A stretch of 64,000 nucleotides of DNA, taken from the NCBI GenBank assembly GCA_021801255.1, contig JAJYYH010000039.1, positions 2,914 through 66,913 of the forward strand, given 5' to 3'. Below, piece after piece: positions 62,523 to 64,000 of this stretch. Position 1 is the stretch's first letter. Every line of letters starts with the position of its first letter. The notes beneath the pieces were generated by a model. That model worked only from the letters and a program-made list of their open reading frames with translations. It made no database searches and was not told where the DNA came from. The translations under genes and the position numbers were made by a program. Source of the stretch: Pseudomonadota bacterium (GTDB taxonomy: Bacteria > Pseudomonadota > Alphaproteobacteria > Acetobacterales > Acetobacteraceae).

Positions 62523-64000
62523 ATGGCGGCCAAGCACAAAGGCGTGAGCCTTTCCGGGACGATCGGCCCCGTGACCGGCGACATCGTCGGCGGCGACAAG
62601 ATCACCTACGGCGCGACCGCCGAAGAACTGCTCGCGGTGCTACAGGAAAATGGGCTTCTCCAAATTGCCGAAGCGGCCGGGCTCGAACGGCGAACCGTCG
62701 TCAAGCTCGCCCAGCGCCTGAACAAGGAGGTTATCGAATTCCCTCAGGCGGTCATCGAACTCGAACGTGCCGTGGAGGTTGCCCGCGAGGTGATCGCCAG
62801 GGGTGAGCGGGGCACGAACCACGACGCATTCGTCAACGCGGTGCTGGCGCGGGTTGCGACGGAGACCCGGAGCGGCGACTTCGATGGCGGGGCACGCACG
62901 ATCGACAAGGGGCTTGCCGAACTCGACGCGGCGCATCGGAGATCACGGGTCGTTCTGCTCGAAGCGGGCGTGAACATGGACATCCTGCGGCGCGACGCGC
63001 CCGGCGCCGCGCGGCGGATCGAGATGCTCGTTGCGATGGACCACCCCACCGAACGGCCCGCGTGGCTGCCGGCGTTCCGCGAACGATACCAGGCGCTTCG
63101 GGAAGATGGCGCGGCAAAAGGGGTCAATTTCTCCCTCTCCATCGCGATCGAACTGGCCCGGCGGATGTTGGCGACCGCGCATGACGGCACCGAGCGTGGA
63201 AACGCCGCGCACCTCCTCGGCAACGCGCTCCGGGCGCTGGGCGAGCGGGAAGCCGGGACGGTGCGGCTGGGCGAAGCGGTGGCGGCCTATCGGCTGGCGC
63301 TGGAGGAGTTCACGCGCGATCGGGTGCCGCTCGACTGGGCAGTGACGCAGAACAATCTCGGCAACGCGCTCGCGAGGCTGGGCGAGCGCGAGGGCGGGAC
63401 GGCGCGGCTGGGCGAAGCGGTCGCGGCCTTTCGGCTGGCGCTGGAGGAGCGGACGCGCGCGCGGGTGCCGCTCGACTGGGCGATGACGCAGAACAACCTC
63501 GGCAACGCGCTCGCGAGTCTGGGCGCGCGGGAAGCTGGGACGGCGCGGCTGGGCGAGGCGGTCGCGGCCTATCGCGCGGCACTGGAGGAGTTCACGCGCG
63601 ATCGGGTGCCACTCGACTGGGCGGCGACGCAGGACAACCTCGGCATCGCGCTCACGAGGCTGGGCGAGCGGGAGAGCGGGACGGCGCGGCTGGGCGAGGC
63701 GGTCGCGGCCTTTCGGCTGGCGCTGGAGGAGTGGACGCGCGAGCGCGTGCCGCTCGACTGGGCGGCGACGCAGAACAACCTCGGCAACGCGCTCCGGGCA
63801 CTGGGCGAGCGGGAGAGCGGGACGGCGCGGCTGGGCGAGGCGGTCGCGGCCTGTCGGCTGGCGCTGGAGGAGTGGACGCGCGAGCGCGTGCCGCTCCAGT
63901 GGGCAGGGACGCAGAACAACCTCGGCAACGCGCTCCGGGCGCTGGGCCAGCGCGAGAGCGGGACGGCGCGGCTGGGCGAAGCGGTCGCGGCCTATCGGCT
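62523..64000 (+). CDS. Tetratricopeptide-repeat protein (3'-partial) with the same N-terminal GDIVGG-x-KI motif
   Basis: My own translation from ATG 62523 is open to the window end; it is not in the ORF track because no stop is reached. N-terminus MAAKHKGVSLSGTIGPVTGDIVGGDKITYG. From about residue 230 there are repeated 47-aa units ...LGNAL.ALGERE.GTARLGEAVAAYRLALEE.TR.RVPLDWA.TQNN.... Confidence 0.8.
   Translation, partial: MAAKHKGVSLSGTIGPVTGDIVGGDKITYGATAEELLAVLQENGLLQIAEAAGLERRTVVKLAQRLNKEVIEFPQAVIELERAVEVAREVIARGERGTNHDAFVNAVLARVATETRSGDFDGGARTIDKGLAELDAAHRRSRVVLLEAGVNMDILRRDAPGAARRIEMLVAMDHPTERPAWLPAFRERYQALREDGAAKGVNFSLSIAIELARRMLATAHDGTERGNAAHLLGNALRALGEREAGTVRLGEAVAAYRLALEEFTRDRVPLDWAVTQNNLGNALARLGEREGGTARLGEAVAAFRLALEERTRARVPLDWAMTQNNLGNALASLGAREAGTARLGEAVAAYRAALEEFTRDRVPLDWAATQDNLGIALTRLGERESGTARLGEAVAAFRLALEEWTRERVPLDWAATQNNLGNALRALGERESGTARLGEAVAACRLALEEWTRERVPLQWAGTQNNLGNALRALGQRESGTARLGEAVAAYR
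63215..64000 (+). repeat. Tandem 141-bp (47-codon) repeats inside the TPR gene
   Basis: gtgccgctcgactggg recurs at 63323, 63464, 63605 (gtgccactcgactggg) and 63746, and gtgccgctccagtggg at 63887. At least 5.5 units are present before the window ends. Confidence 0.9.

Noticed and set aside
60315-62537. 740-aa minus-strand ORF
   Set aside because: It is antisense to the UPF0262 gene, mtnA and the small Gly-motif gene. It crosses an intergenic REP-like element and has no motifs.
63215-64000. CRISPR array or other non-coding tandem array
   Set aside because: The 141-bp period is a multiple of three and lies in an open reading frame encoding TPR-like units. There is no repeat/spacer structure. 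No CRISPR array was seen anywhere in the window.

Overview
High-GC (about 65-70%) chromosome segment with alphaproteobacterial gene content: leuS-lptE-holA, DUF721/DciA-like next to mutY, UPF0262, DUF983, and OmpA-like porins with a Pro-rich linker. Because of the high GC, nearly every real gene has long antisense or out-of-frame shadow ORFs in the six-frame track, so many tracked ORFs were trimmed or rejected. Positions 1-15434 are the visible part of an integrated mobile element that abuts the 3' end of a tRNA-Gln(CUG) gene. In order it carries a toprim primase-like gene (5' end outside the window), an SF3-like helicase, three conserved hypotheticals, an orphan Phd/YefM antitoxin, a type I R-M operon (hsdR; hsdM with a 3' frameshift; hsdS), a MntA nucleotidyltransferase fused in frame to only the last ~40 codons of its HepT toxin (nested between hsdM and hsdS), an XRE-ImmA/IrrE metallopeptidase plus DUF4411 PIN-like pair translationally coupled to hsdS, one uncharacterised protein, and a large serine recombinase whose last ~21 codons are antisense to the tRNA. 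The rest is mostly core genome: transporters, amidase, a P450-PAP2 pair, an EAL protein, two tandem OmpA-like paralogs, cysE-Rrf2-cysteine desulfurase-ferredoxin-mnmA, tRNA-Met(CAU), nudC, a liv-type ABC operon, smc, dsbA-like, mutY, holA/lptE/leuS and mtnA. The most unusual core-genome items are: (1) a four-gene, translationally coupled hydrogenase-related (Ehr-like) membrane complex whose large subunit has lost all four NiFe cysteine positions while the NuoB-like subunit keeps its cluster cysteines; (2) a 2.2-kb segment (Gly/Tyr/His-rich lipoprotein plus DUF6600-like protein) flanked by 21-bp AT-rich direct repeats that include two stop codons; (3) a 3 x 17-bp direct repeat in a divergent promoter region; (4) a REP-like hairpin repeat family; (5) two low-GC single-gene inserts (a methyltransferase and a two-domain glycosyltransferase); (6) a small protein and a TPR protein with 141-bp tandem repeats that share an N-terminal GDIVGG-x-KI motif. 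All functional calls come from reading motifs by eye; no database search was possible.
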